Assembly: GCA_002269645.1 (NCBI GenBank)
Contig: NIVC01000908.1
Location: 1-43,415, forward strand
Direction of reading: 5' to 3'
From: Macrostomum lignano
Lineage: Eukaryota
DNA length: 43,415 nt
Every line of letters starts with the position of its first letter. The first letter of the stretch is position 1. The position numbers and the translations under genes are program-made. Below are positions 11,201 to 25,645 of this stretch, piece by piece. The notes under the pieces were generated by a model, which saw only the letters and a list, made by a program, of their open reading frames with translations, was not told where the DNA came from and searched no databases.

Positions 11201-14054
11201 TGTAGGATATAATCTGAATATCAATAGAGCTATAGGAAAGGCTAGAGATATCAAAAGATAAACATTGGATCTTTGGATTGTAGTCTATCCAAAGTAGACT
11301 TTGGGTAGAACATGATCCTTATCCCACCCAATATCGAATAATTCCATCCTATCTGACATCGAATTCGAACACAATTAATCCCAAAAAAGCAGAAATCTAT
11401 GTTTTATCGAACTCAGTTTGCATACTTTTGCTGACCCGAATCTGTCCCATTTGATCAGGAAAACTATCCCCGAGTGGCGCCGCTCTGGTTCTCAGACTCG
11501 GACAATCAGCAGGTCACCTCGGCTCTGTCCGACCTGCAGGACTGCCCGGCCACTCCCGCCGGCTCCCGCGGCCTCCTCCTGCTGCAGGCCTGCCAGCTGC
11601 TTGAGACTCTCTGCCGCACCTTCGGTCTCCCCATCCCCGCTGAAGTCCCCGTCCTGCGGGCCGCCGCCTCCGCCGCCGCGGCTGCCGCTGCTGGAGCCGC
11701 CGCCGCTGCCGCCGCAGTGGCCATGTCCGATGAGGAGGACACCGGGTTCGAGGACTTCGATGATGACCAGCAGGTGCGGCTTGGCTGAATGTGTTGCTGG
11801 CCTCAGCTGGGGCTCCAGCCTCCCAGATTTTCAGTTGCTGGGCCAGCCTCCCAGATCCTCAGTTGCTGGGCCAGCCTCCCAGATTCTCAGTTTCATTTCC
11901 ACTTTCCCACCCGCGCCCCCGCAGGTTGCCCCGTCCGGCTCCGACTCTGGCCACGGCTCGTCGGCAGCCTCGGCCGCCACCGCAGGCGGCGCCGCTGCAG
12001 CCGGCGACGCCAACGCGGCCGACGAGGACCTGTCCGTGCCCGCCGAGTTCGCTGGCATCGAGTCGCGCGCCCACATCGATCAGCTCAGGCGGCTCCGCTC
12101 TGCCCAGCGGGATATGTACCTGCGCCGCTCCGTGTCCTCGCCCGGCACCCAGAGCCCCGCCGCCTCCCCGGCTGCCGGCAACGCCGCCGCTTCGGCGAAT
12201 CCGTCGCCAACTCCGGGCGCCTCGGTGCAGGCTACGGACCGGTTGATGAAGGAGCTGAAGGAGCTGTACAAGTGAGCACCGCTTGAAGCACCCGGCTTGA
12301 TACATTCTTGCAGCTGTTTGGAGTAAGGCTCTGGACCCCGTGTTTCCTTTCCGCTGTTTGTGGCTGGGGGCACTTGATTCCCCTCTCATTTCCTTGCCTG
12401 AGCTTGGCGGTATGAGGCACTTGACCGCCTTAAGCTGTTTTTGAGGGGGGCACGTGACCTCCTTTAGTTGTTTTTGGGGGCACGTGACCTCCTTCAGTGG
12501 TTTTTGGGGACACTTAACCTCCTTCAGTTGTTTTTAAGGGCATTTAACCTCCTTCAGTTGTTTTTAAGGGCATTTAACCTCCTTCAGTTGTTTTTAAGGG
12601 CATTTAACCTCCTTCAGTTGTTTTTAAGGGCATTTAACCTCCTTCAGTTGTTTTTAAGGGCATTTAACCTCCTTCAGTTGTTTTTAAGGGCATTTAACCT
12701 CCTTCAGTTGTTTTTGGGGGCACTTGACCTTCTTGAGCTGTTTTTAGAGGGCAATTGACCTCCTTCAGCTATTTTTGGGGGCACTTGACCTTCTTGAGCT
12801 GTTTTTAGGGGCTCTTGACCTTCTTGAGATGTTTTGGGGGCACTTGACCTTCTTGAGCTGTTTTTAGAGGGCACTTGACCTCCTTCAGCTATTTTTGGGG
12901 GCACTTGACCTTCTTGAGCTGTTTTTAGAGGGCAATTGACCTCCTTCAGCTATTTTTGGGGGCACTTGACCTTCTTGAGCTGTTTTTAGAGGGCAATTGA
13001 CCTCCTTCAGCTATTTTTGGGGGCACTTGACCTTCTTGAGCTGTTTTTAGAGGGCAATTGACCTCCTTCAGCTATTTTTGGGGGCACTTGACCTTCTTGA
13101 GCTGTTTTTAGAGGGAAATTGACCTCCTTCAGCTATTTTTGGGGGCACTTGACCTCCTTCAGTTGTTTTTGGGGGGCTCTTGACCTTCTTGAGTTGTTTT
13201 GGGGGCACTTGACCTTCTTGAGCTGTTTTTAGTCTTTAGAGGGCACTTGACCTCCTTCAGCTATTTTTGGGGGCACTTGACCTACTTCAGTTGTTTTGGG
13301 GGGGGGGGGCTCTTGACCTTCTTGAGTTGTTTTTGGGGGCACTTGACCTTCTTGAGCTGTTTTTAGAGGGCACTTGACCTCCAGCTATTTTTGGGGGCAC
13401 TTGACCTCCTTCAGTTGTTTTTGGGGCTCTGGGCCTTCTTGAGCTGTTTTTAGGGGGCACTTGACCTCCTTGAGCTGTTTTCGGGGGCACTTACGAGCTA
13501 ACCCCCATTCTACGCGATTGACTGTGGTGTTCAACCCACCGAACGCCCAATCCCAATGCAGATCCCAGCACCTGAAGTCCGGCGTATTCTCAGTGGAGCT
13601 GGTGAACGACAGTCTATACGAGTGGCAGGTCCGGCTGCACCGGGTTGACCCCGACAGCCCGCTGCAGCGGGACATCGAGCAGCTGGCACAGCAGCAGCAG
13701 CAGGCAGGCCAGCAGGCTGTAGGCATCACCCTGGGCTTCTACTTCAAGGACACTTTCCCGTTCGAGCCGCCGTTTGTCCGCGTGATCAGCCCCGTGCTCA
13801 ATAACGGCTACGTGCTGCAGGGCGGCGCCATCTGCATGGAGGTGCTCACCAGGCAGGGCTGGTCGTCTGCCTACAGCATTGAGTCGCTGATCATGCAGAT
13901 CTCGGCCACCCTGGTCAAGGGCAAGGCCAGAATTGAGTTCTCGGCCAGCAGCCGGTCCACCTACACCATGGCGAGGGCGCAGCACAGCTACCGGGCGCTG
14001 GTCAATATTCACGAGAAGAAGGGCTGGTACACACCGCCCAAGGCTGATGGCTGA
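8268..14054 (+). CDS. UBE2Q: Ubiquitin-conjugating enzyme E2 Q family (RWD-like N-terminus plus UBC domain), 438 aa. Exons 8268-8429, 11459-11773, 11925-12271, 13562-14054
   Basis: All four exons join in frame through GT-AG introns (phases 0, 0, 2; 1317 nt in total). Motifs include [55 protein letters not shown] (catalytic Cys) and the C-terminal [15 protein letters not shown], as in UBE2Q1/2. Confidence 0.95.
8469..10025 (-). mobile_element. Full-length mariner (DD34D) DNA transposon, 1557 bp, in UBE2Q intron 1
   Basis: TA target-site duplication at 8467-8468 and 10026-10027. Imperfect terminal inverted repeats of about 55 bp (CGAAGGGTGTTGCAAAATTTTCCGGACTGATGCTCTTCATGG versus the reverse complement of the right end). 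Transposase on the minus strand. Confidence 0.95.
8674..9807 (-). pseudogene. Mariner transposase with two in-frame TGA stops (9640-9642 and 8965-8967) and no frameshift
   Basis: Motifs [36 protein letters not shown] (34 residues between D2 and D3) and GEYVE. The three listed ORFs are in one frame. Confidence 0.93.
10770..10977. repeat. Degenerate ~200-bp palindrome (MITE or foldback-like remnant) in UBE2Q intron 1
   Basis: ACCTAGCTGTTTCTATTGGCAATACATATA (10816-10845) pairs with TATATGCATTGCCAATAGAAATGGCTAGGT (~10912-10941). The outer CTAATAGTA/TACTATTAG and the inner arms also pair. Confidence 0.7.
12400..13490 (+). repeat. 30-32-bp minisatellite (GGGGCACTTGACCTCCTTCAGTTGTTTTT family) filling UBE2Q intron 3
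   Basis: Tandem copies are directly visible, including a homogeneous 30-bp block at ~12510-12715. Confidence 0.92.
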
Positions 14055-14239
14055 CGGGTTGAATGTGCGATTAATTTCACCTGTGACCTTTGAGTTCCTG
14101 GCGAAGGGTGTCTCAGAATCCGCCTTGTCTTTAGTCATAGTAATAACTGTGGCAGCAGTAGGTTCGGTCTTGACCATAGACATAGACGAACAAAGGCAAC
14201 GAAGTACTGATCGAAATTCTGATCTATGGAAGTCGATGT

Positions 14240-14400
14240 TTGAGAGGGAGAGAGAGAGGGGGGTGAGGGAGAGAGAGGTTGTTGAGAGGGGGTGAGGGAG
14301 AGAGAGGTTGTTGAGGGGGGGCGTGAGGGAGAGAGGTTGTTAAGGGGGGGAGGGGGTGAGGGAGAGAGATAGTGAGGGAGAGAGATGGGGTGAGGAAGAT
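14240..14400 (+). repeat. G/A-rich degenerate tandem repeat (GGGGTGAGGGAGAGAGAGGTTGTTGA)
   Basis: Visible repeats 3' of UBE2Q. Confidence 0.75.
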
Positions 14401-15284
14401 AGAGATGCTGATGTCTATGGTCCAATTATCAACTTGGTTACCATTTCTCCTGATTGTCTACTGTCTATGTATAGTGTGATCAAAATTGAACTAAAAATAG
14501 CCACTCGCAAGTGTCTATGGCAAAAGCCCTGAACCCGTCAGACCCCATATGGCCATCAATCCAATCCATCAATCATCGCATAGGCCTGCTTCTGAGATGC
14601 CGTCTTTATCGTCTTGTAGGTCATGCGCGCTGCATGTATCCTTATCTACCCGAGCATATGAATTGGAATCAAAATTTTGTTAATAATAAATTTATCCGTG
14701 CAATTTTTATTTGAAATATTACTCTTATTATTATCAATATTATAATCCTATTGTAATTCTGCGTTATTAATGTCGCATTTTTGTCTCTGTGCATCAATTT
14801 TCCGTTACAATTCCAGCATCGAAATTGCGCCTCATCATCTGGGCTCGGGCATCTGAACTGAACTCTGATTGTTTGCCAGAGTTTTGTTAAATTGCTTATA
14901 CTACTGTTTCACTTTGTTTAGTAAGTAGTATGCGCTGCTTAGAGTTCGCTGTATAATTAAACAAAAATGATCTCTTTTTTCGAATGGCATCAATAATAAC
15001 TGCTGTCTTTCTGACCATCGGGAATGATTTATTATTATTATTTTTATTATTATTATTATTCGTGACTTTTAGTGACTTTTCAGCAAGTATAATCTTGTAG
15101 TTATAGTGTGACTCCCCAGTTGTTTTTTTACTTCCACCGGCCCTGGTTTTTTATTGAAGTTTTTTCTCCTTTGTCCATCCTTGCTGACTGTTCACAGCCC
15201 AGAGTTATTGCGCTCGTCATTTCTTCTCTTTGTTGTCTGTATAAAATAGTACTAGAATTTTACCTGTCTGTCAGCATGTCTCAT

Positions 15285-15343
15285 GTCTGTCTACATGTCT
15301 GTCCGCATGTCTGTCTTAGTGTCTCTGCATGTCTGTCTGTCTT

Positions 15344-15389
<46 letters not shown>

Positions 15390-15445
15390 CGCATGTCTGT
15401 CTGTCTTAGTGTCTACATGTCTGTCTGTCTGTCAGCCTGTCTGTC
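15285..15445 (+). repeat. (TCTG)n microsatellite
   Basis: Directly visible. Confidence 0.9.
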
Positions 15446-16349
15446 CATCTGGCTGCCTTAGAGTTTCAGAGCAGGGTCTCCTGTTCCATATGCTGCTAAT
15501 GCTGGTTCGCTCTCTCAAATAAACTGTACCTGCTTGTACTGGCGCGACTCGTGTCTGTTTATGTAAATATATTTATGTTTATTATTGGCCAACAAGTAGT
15601 CAGCTGATCAGTGTTAAACCGAAAACTCAAGACTCAAGACTCAAGCCCTCTCATATTCGAGCATATAAGTTTGAGCTCATCATTGCAGAATGTCTATCCA
15701 GCCTGCTCAATGCGGTTCTTTTATGTTCCCATAATCCTGCACTTGCTGATTTGTACGCCCTGCACTGTTTGTGTAAAATGTCAAGAATTACCTGCAGCAC
15801 ATAATCAGTGTGTTCTCCGAAGCACAAGCCAGCACAGCATTGCCTAGCTGCAGTGTGTGGGCCTTGTGTGTTATAGTGCGCTGACGCTCGCTGGTTACTT
15901 AATTTACTTCTTATTAGTAAGAATATTATCTCCTGCTTTCTATGATCTCCTGTAAATATAATCCAATCAAGTTCTTTTGCGGAGAGGTAAGTAGGTCAAA
16001 TATATTAACAAATAAATGAATCAAATAATAAAAACATGCCGGATCGCTCTTTTATTTCGTCAACTCTGTGTCGGTCGGACTGGCGCTTATATTCGCAAAT
16101 TGATTTGCTTCAGTGCTTTTGTGTTGCTTTCACTTTTATTTTGCATCATCTGCAGTTCCATATGGTTGCTGAGTAGCACTCGCGGCATTAATACTTGGCT
16201 GGAACGGTTAGATATACTCGTATGTGAATCAAAAAGCAAATTAACTTGGTAACAACATTTCTAGGAATTAAAACTGCAATTGAAGAAGTTTTCCACTCGA
16301 ATATAGCTTATTTCGTACAGTACGAGTGTAACAGCTTACACTGTAGGGT

Positions 16350-16615
16350 TTGAGAGGGGCGCCATTTCATCTGGTGAGGGGCGCCATTTCATTTGAGAGG
16401 GGCGCATTTCATCTGGTGAGGGGCGCATTTCATCTGGTGAGGGGCGCATTTCATCTGGTGAGGGGCGCATTTCATCTGGTAAGGGGCGCATTAATTTCAT
16501 CTGGTGAGGGGCGCCATTTCATCTGAGAGGGAACCCAATTTCATTTGAGAGGGAACCCCATTTCAGTTAAGAGGGCATTTCATTTCATTTGAGAGGGGGC
16601 GCCATTGCATTTGAC
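16350..16615 (+). repeat. ~22-bp tandem repeat (ATTTCATCTGGTGAGGGGCGC)
   Basis: About 11 degenerate copies. Confidence 0.85.
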
Positions 16616-16974
16616 GCCATAAACTCCTACTTCTACATGTATTAGGGGCACCCGTGCAAGCGAACTGAAGTGCTTATATAAACACATTTTAAGTTGACAG
16701 AATAAAAATTGTTTGAGAAAACAAATTTACAAATGAAAACAAAACCTCTAAGCTTTTTCATGAGCTCTTGGACGGAAATCTTACAACTGAAAATTCGAGC
16801 TGAATTTTGCGAGCTGTGCAGGACCTCGGAACTCATTCAAACAAATCGTTATCGTGTCGCTCAGGAGTGCCGAATTTCCGCCAGTGAGGAGGGTCGCGGC
16901 AGCTCAGAAGGCCGCGTCCTGGGCTGCGCTGAGGGCGCTGCTGAGGAACACCGGTTTGCGTTGTGACGTTCCAT

Positions 16975-17590
16975 ATGACCACATCTAGAACCCGATGACC
17001 ACATCTAGAACCCGATGACCACATCTAGAACCCGATGACCACATCTAGAACCCGATGACTACATCTAGAACCCGATGACCACATATAGAACCTGATGATC
17101 ACATCTAGAACCTGATGACCACATCTAGAACCCGATGACCACATCTAGAACCTGATGACCACATCTAGAACCCGATGATCACATCTAGAACCTGATGACC
17201 ACATCTAGAACCCGATGACCACATCTAGAACCCGATGATCACATCTAGAACCCGATGACCACATCTAGAACCCGATGACCACATCTAGAACCCGATGACC
17301 ACATCTAGAACCCGATGACCACATCTAGAACCCGATGACCACATCTAGAACCCGATGACCACATCTAGAACCCGATGACCACATCTAGAACCCGATGACC
17401 ACATCTAGAACCCGATGATCACATCTAGAACCTGATGATCACATCTAAAATCCCATGGGGCCATGACCATATTTAAAGCCCAATGACCACATCTACCCTA
17501 TGACGACCACATCTAAAACCCTATGACCACACCTAAAGCCCTATGACCAGATATCTAAAACCCGATGACCAAATCCAAAGCCCGATGAGA
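16975..17590 (+). repeat. 20-bp minisatellite (ACATCTAGAACCCGATGACC), degenerate after ~17450
   Basis: About 24 near-identical copies with no spacers. Confidence 0.95.
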
Positions 17591-17829
17591 GTACATTTAC
17601 CTTGCGCAGACTTATGTACCCATTCGCTAAGCCTAAGAGTACACGCGCACTTACCCGGGGCGGCTTCGTCCACTCGTTCAAATTTTGCAGATTCGACAAC
17701 AACCGGACTGCCAGGATGCGAACCAACGGACGCGTGGCCGGAATCGCAGGACAGCTGCGACGGACGCTGCTGCACTGTAAGGTGCAGATTTTTATGTGCG
17801 AGAATGATTGAGCACTATTTAGTCCACGG

Positions 17830-18360
17830 GAAAGGCAGGGAGAGAGGCAGGGAGAGAGGAAGGGAGAGAGGCAGGGAGAGAGGAACGGAGAAAGGCAGGG
17901 AGAGAGGCAGGGAGAGAGGCAGGGAGAGAGGAACGGAGAGAGGCAGGGAGAGAGGCAGGGAGATAGGCAGGGAGAGAGGAACGGAGAGAGGCAGGGAGAG
18001 AGGCAGGGAGATAGGAACGGAGAAAGGCAGGGAGAGAGGAAGGGAGGGAGGCAGGGAGAGAGGAACGGAGAGAGGAACGGAGAGAGGCAGGGAGAGAGGC
18101 AGGGAGAGAGGCAGGGAGAGAGGCAGGGAGAGAGGCAGGGAGGGAGGCAGGGAGAGAGGAACGGAGAAAGGCAGGGAGAGAGGCAGGGAGAGAGGAACGG
18201 AGAAAGGCAGGGAGAGAGGCAGGGAGAGAGGCAGGGAGGGAGGCAGGGAGAGAGGAACGGAGAAAGGCAGGGAGAGAGGCAGGGAGAGAGGAACGGAGAA
18301 AGGCAGGGAGAGAGGCAGGGAGAGAGGAACGGAGAAAGGCAGGGAGAGAGGAAGGGAGGA
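17830..18360 (+). repeat. 12-bp purine-rich minisatellite (AGGCAGGGAGAG / AGGAACGGAGAG)
   Basis: About 44 visible copies. Confidence 0.95.
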
Positions 18361-19104
18361 AAAACAGAGCAGTCAGAAAGCTGAGACACGGAGATTGCCG
18401 GGGGCTCCAGGAGAGAAAGCAGTAACATCCGTTATTCAAAAAGTACAACTGGAAATTCGATACTGTTGTAGGCACGATAGGCCCCTAGCAACAAAACCAG
18501 GGTATTCCAACAAAAGGAACTGGAAAAAACATGGCCGATCGGAGTTCCCTTCGCAAACCGACGCAGCCATGTGCATTATTAAGCTTTGATCACGCTGTGG
18601 CCGCGTGCGCAATAACTCCTAATTCAGTCTCCAGCCTGGCGATCAATAGATGCCTAACGAGGAGAGGAGATTACAATCTTACAGCCCTCAATAATTAATC
18701 AGATTGGGTCGGATTTCCAGTTTTGCCTTTGCATAAGTCAAAGCAGTTTGGGTGAGAACAGCAGTTCGGGACAGAATAGCGAACCTCGAAAGCAGAAGAT
18801 TGAAAGGTGGCCTTGAAGCAGAAGACAAAAGGTTTCAGTCACAGATGCCTGCAGCCTGACCTGCGCTCTGAAATTTTCTCATTTACCCTTTCATCTGCAG
18901 ATCGGATGGCGCGCAGCTTTGACGCAATTCTTTGAATCTTTCTGTCAATCTTTGCTCATGCAGGTGCAAAAGCTCAACTGTAATTACGTGATTGGCTGGA
19001 CAATTTCACTGACTCTGTGAGGCGGCTTAAAAACAAACCATGAAGTTTACTTGAGGCTACGGCTCGCAAGAAAAAGAATAGATTAGATGCAGAGATGTAG
19101 TGAG

Positions 19105-19325
19105 TAGTAGAGTGACCAGTAGAGTGACCAGTAGAGTGACCAGTCGAGCGACCAGTAGAGTGACCAGTAGAGTGACCAATAAAGTGACCAGTAGAGTGAC
19201 CAGTAGAGTGACCAGTAGAGTGACCAATAGAGTGACCAATAAAGTGACCAGTAGAGTGACCAGTAGAGTGACCAGTAGAGTGACCAATAGAGTGATCAGT
19301 AGTGTGACAGCTACAGTGTCCAGTT
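19105..19325 (+). repeat. 12-bp tandem repeat (AGAGTGACCAGT)
   Basis: Directly visible. It lies just beyond the last identified Hv1-like exon. Confidence 0.92.
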
Positions 19326-19357
19326 AGAGTGACAAGTACTTTCCCCTAGTCACTCAC

Positions 19358-22721
<3,364 letters not shown>

Positions 22722-22800
22722 CTTAGCGGTATTAAATAAAGAGTGAATGCCTCAGCCAGCCAATCAGGTTTGAGAAAAGAAATAACGGACTTTGAATGGA

Positions 22801-22997
<197 letters not shown>

Positions 22998-23419
22998 AAG
23001 CACTGAGTCTGGTGTTGAATTTCTGACTTCACTTTGCCACATGGAAGTTGGAAGTGCCCGCGTCCCACGCAGAGCAGGGAGAATGCAATCCCCAGCCTCG
23101 ATCCTAATGGACCAGATCTGCTGGCCATTGTACTGCATTGCCTTTAGCTAAGATTGGAATTTCCTTAAAGTAGAAAGTATCCGCTTACCGTATCCCTGGA
23201 GACGATGAATTGGGATTAGGACTCAGATTGTGTGGGTGGCAACTGGAAATGTTTGTCTCGCGAACAGAAATTCTTTATTGATTGGCTAAATTGCCTTCGT
23301 TATAAATCTCGTAAGCTGGGATGCAAAGGCGTTGCCAGGGAAGATGGTTTGAGTAAATGCAGAGTCACAATCGCTCAACTTCGTTAATCCGCGTTTTAGT
23401 TGCGCGTACCACAATATGT

Positions 23420-23885
23420 ATGTATCAGCAGTGTCACAATCTGTATCATCAGTGCCACAATGTGTATCAGCAGTGCCAAAATGTGTATCAGCAGTGCCAC
23501 AATCTGTATGAGCAGTGCCACAATCTGTATCATCAGTGCCACAATCTGTATCATCAGTGCCACAATGTGTATCAGCAGTGCCACAATGTGTATCAGCAGT
23601 GCCACAATCTGTATCAGCAGTGCCACAATGTGTATCAGCAGTGCCACAATCTGTATCAGCAGTGCCACAATGTGTATCAGCAGTGTCACAATCTGTATGA
23701 GCAGTGTCACAATCTGTATTAGCAGTGTCACAATCTGTATGAGCAGTGTCACAATCTGTATCAGCAGTGCCACAATCTGTATCAGCAGTGCCACAATCTG
23801 TATCATCAGTGCCACAATCTGTATCAGCAGTGCCACAATGTGTATCAGCAGTGCCACAATCTGTATCAGCAGTGCCACAATCTGT
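23420..23885 (+). repeat. 21-bp minisatellite (CAGTGCCACAATCTGTATCAG)
   Basis: About 22 copies. Confidence 0.95.
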
Positions 23886-24654
23886 AAAGAAAGGTGAAGC
23901 AAGGCAAAGAGCATGAGCTACTGAACTCAGTAGTATCGCAAGAAACGGGTCCAGCAAACGATTCAGATTGCGACAGAGCTCGACTTACTAACCTGCGAGA
24001 ACCGGATTCACCCAGCCCCGCTGGCTGACTCAGGCCGGCCCCTTCTCTCTCTTCCCCATTCTCCTCCTTTTTTCCCAATCCCTCCTATGACTGCCGGGGC
24101 CTCACCTGTGCACCGGCGGCACATTGTATTGAGCCCCCGTGCTCACACGGACTTTCCAGTTCAGCGCTAAAGCCACTGCAACAAGATTTTACAAAGCCAT
24201 TTTTTCAAGTTTCACGATAAGCTTGTCAATTGCATTCTGTGACAGCTGCGATTTTATAATGCAAAATATGCATTTTACACCTGTGTAATTGGCTTTAATT
24301 CCGACTAAAACAGCTTGCAGGCAGCGAGTACGCTTATGCCCTCTGCTCAACTCTCCCCTACTCCTCTCACTCCCCCTCTCCCACAGCAAAAATCCCGGAC
24401 AGCGCCTCCCTATAACCCTGACAGAAATTCCTAGAAAGCACTAAGATGGCGCTGAACCTCACCGTTAGCGCCGAGCCGTCGACACGGCTTTCTGGCGGCG
24501 TCCGGGATGCGACAGCTGGTGCCGGCTTCAACCGCAGCAGCATCTTCAGTGCCGTTGCCAACAGGACAATCATCGAGATGGCGAGCGGAACTACTGCCGC
24601 CGCTGGAAATATGACGGGCTGGACTGCTGCAGAGGTGACAGTGCGATTTTGAGC

Positions 24655-25535
24655 CTATGAGATTCTGAGGTGTGACAGTTTGGGGTGTGAGATTCTGGGG
24701 TATGAGATCTGGGGTATGAGATTCTGAGGTTGAGATTCTGGGGTGTGAGGTTCTCAGGCTTTGAGATTCTGGGGTATGAGATTCTGGGGTATGAGATTCT
24801 TGGGTATGAGATTCTGGGGTATGAGATTCTTGGGTATGAGATTCTGAGGTGTGAGATTCTGGGGTATGAGATTCTGAGGTGTGAGATTCTGAGATTCTGT
24901 TGCTGAGGCTATGCTGATTTTCACTTTTATATTCCTTTGCCTTCTAAAGTGTGCTACCTTTCCTCAATTTTAGGAGATTATTGTGTATGAGATTCTTGGG
25001 TATGAGATTCTGGGGTATGGGATTCTGGGGTATGGGATTATGGGGTGTGAGATTCTCGGGTATGAGATTCTGGGGTATGGGATTATGGGGTATGAGATTC
25101 TCGGGTATGGGATTATGGGGTATGAGATTCTCGGGTATGAGATTCTTGGGTATGAGATTCTTTGGTATGAAATTCTTGGGTATGAGATTCTCGGGTATGA
25201 GATTCTTGGGTATGAGATTCTTGGGTATGAGATTCTTTGGTATGAAATTCTGGGATATTAGATTCTCGGGTATGAGATTGTGGGGTTTGAGATTCTTGGG
25301 TATGAGATTCTTGGGTATGAGATTCTTGGGTATGAGATTCTTGGGTATGAGATTCTTTGGTATGAAATTCTGGGATATTAGATTCTCGGGTATGAGATTG
25401 TGGGGTTTGAGATTCTTGGGTATGAGATTCTTGGGTATGAGATTCTTGGGTATGAGATTCTTGGGTATGAGATTCTTGGGTATGAGATTCTTGGGTATGA
25501 GATTCTTGGGTATGAGATTCTTGGGTATGAGATTC
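24655..25535 (+). repeat. 15-bp minisatellite (GAGATTCTTGGGTAT) in two blocks, ~24655-24895 and ~24985-25535
   Basis: Directly visible, with an internal 120-bp higher-order duplication (~25230-25470). Confidence 0.93.
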
Positions 25536-25645
25536 ACAGGCTGTGAGATGCTGAAGTGCTCTGTGTACCAGTTTGGCATTGCTGCTCTAGCGATGCTAAC
25601 TCTCTGGGTCGATAATCCATCAACCATAATCAACTGAAAGCCTGT

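Noticed and set aside
16975-17450. CRISPR-like regular repeats (also the 20-43-bp arrays elsewhere)
   Set aside because: The units are contiguous with no unique spacers, there are no cas genes, and the context is eukaryotic.
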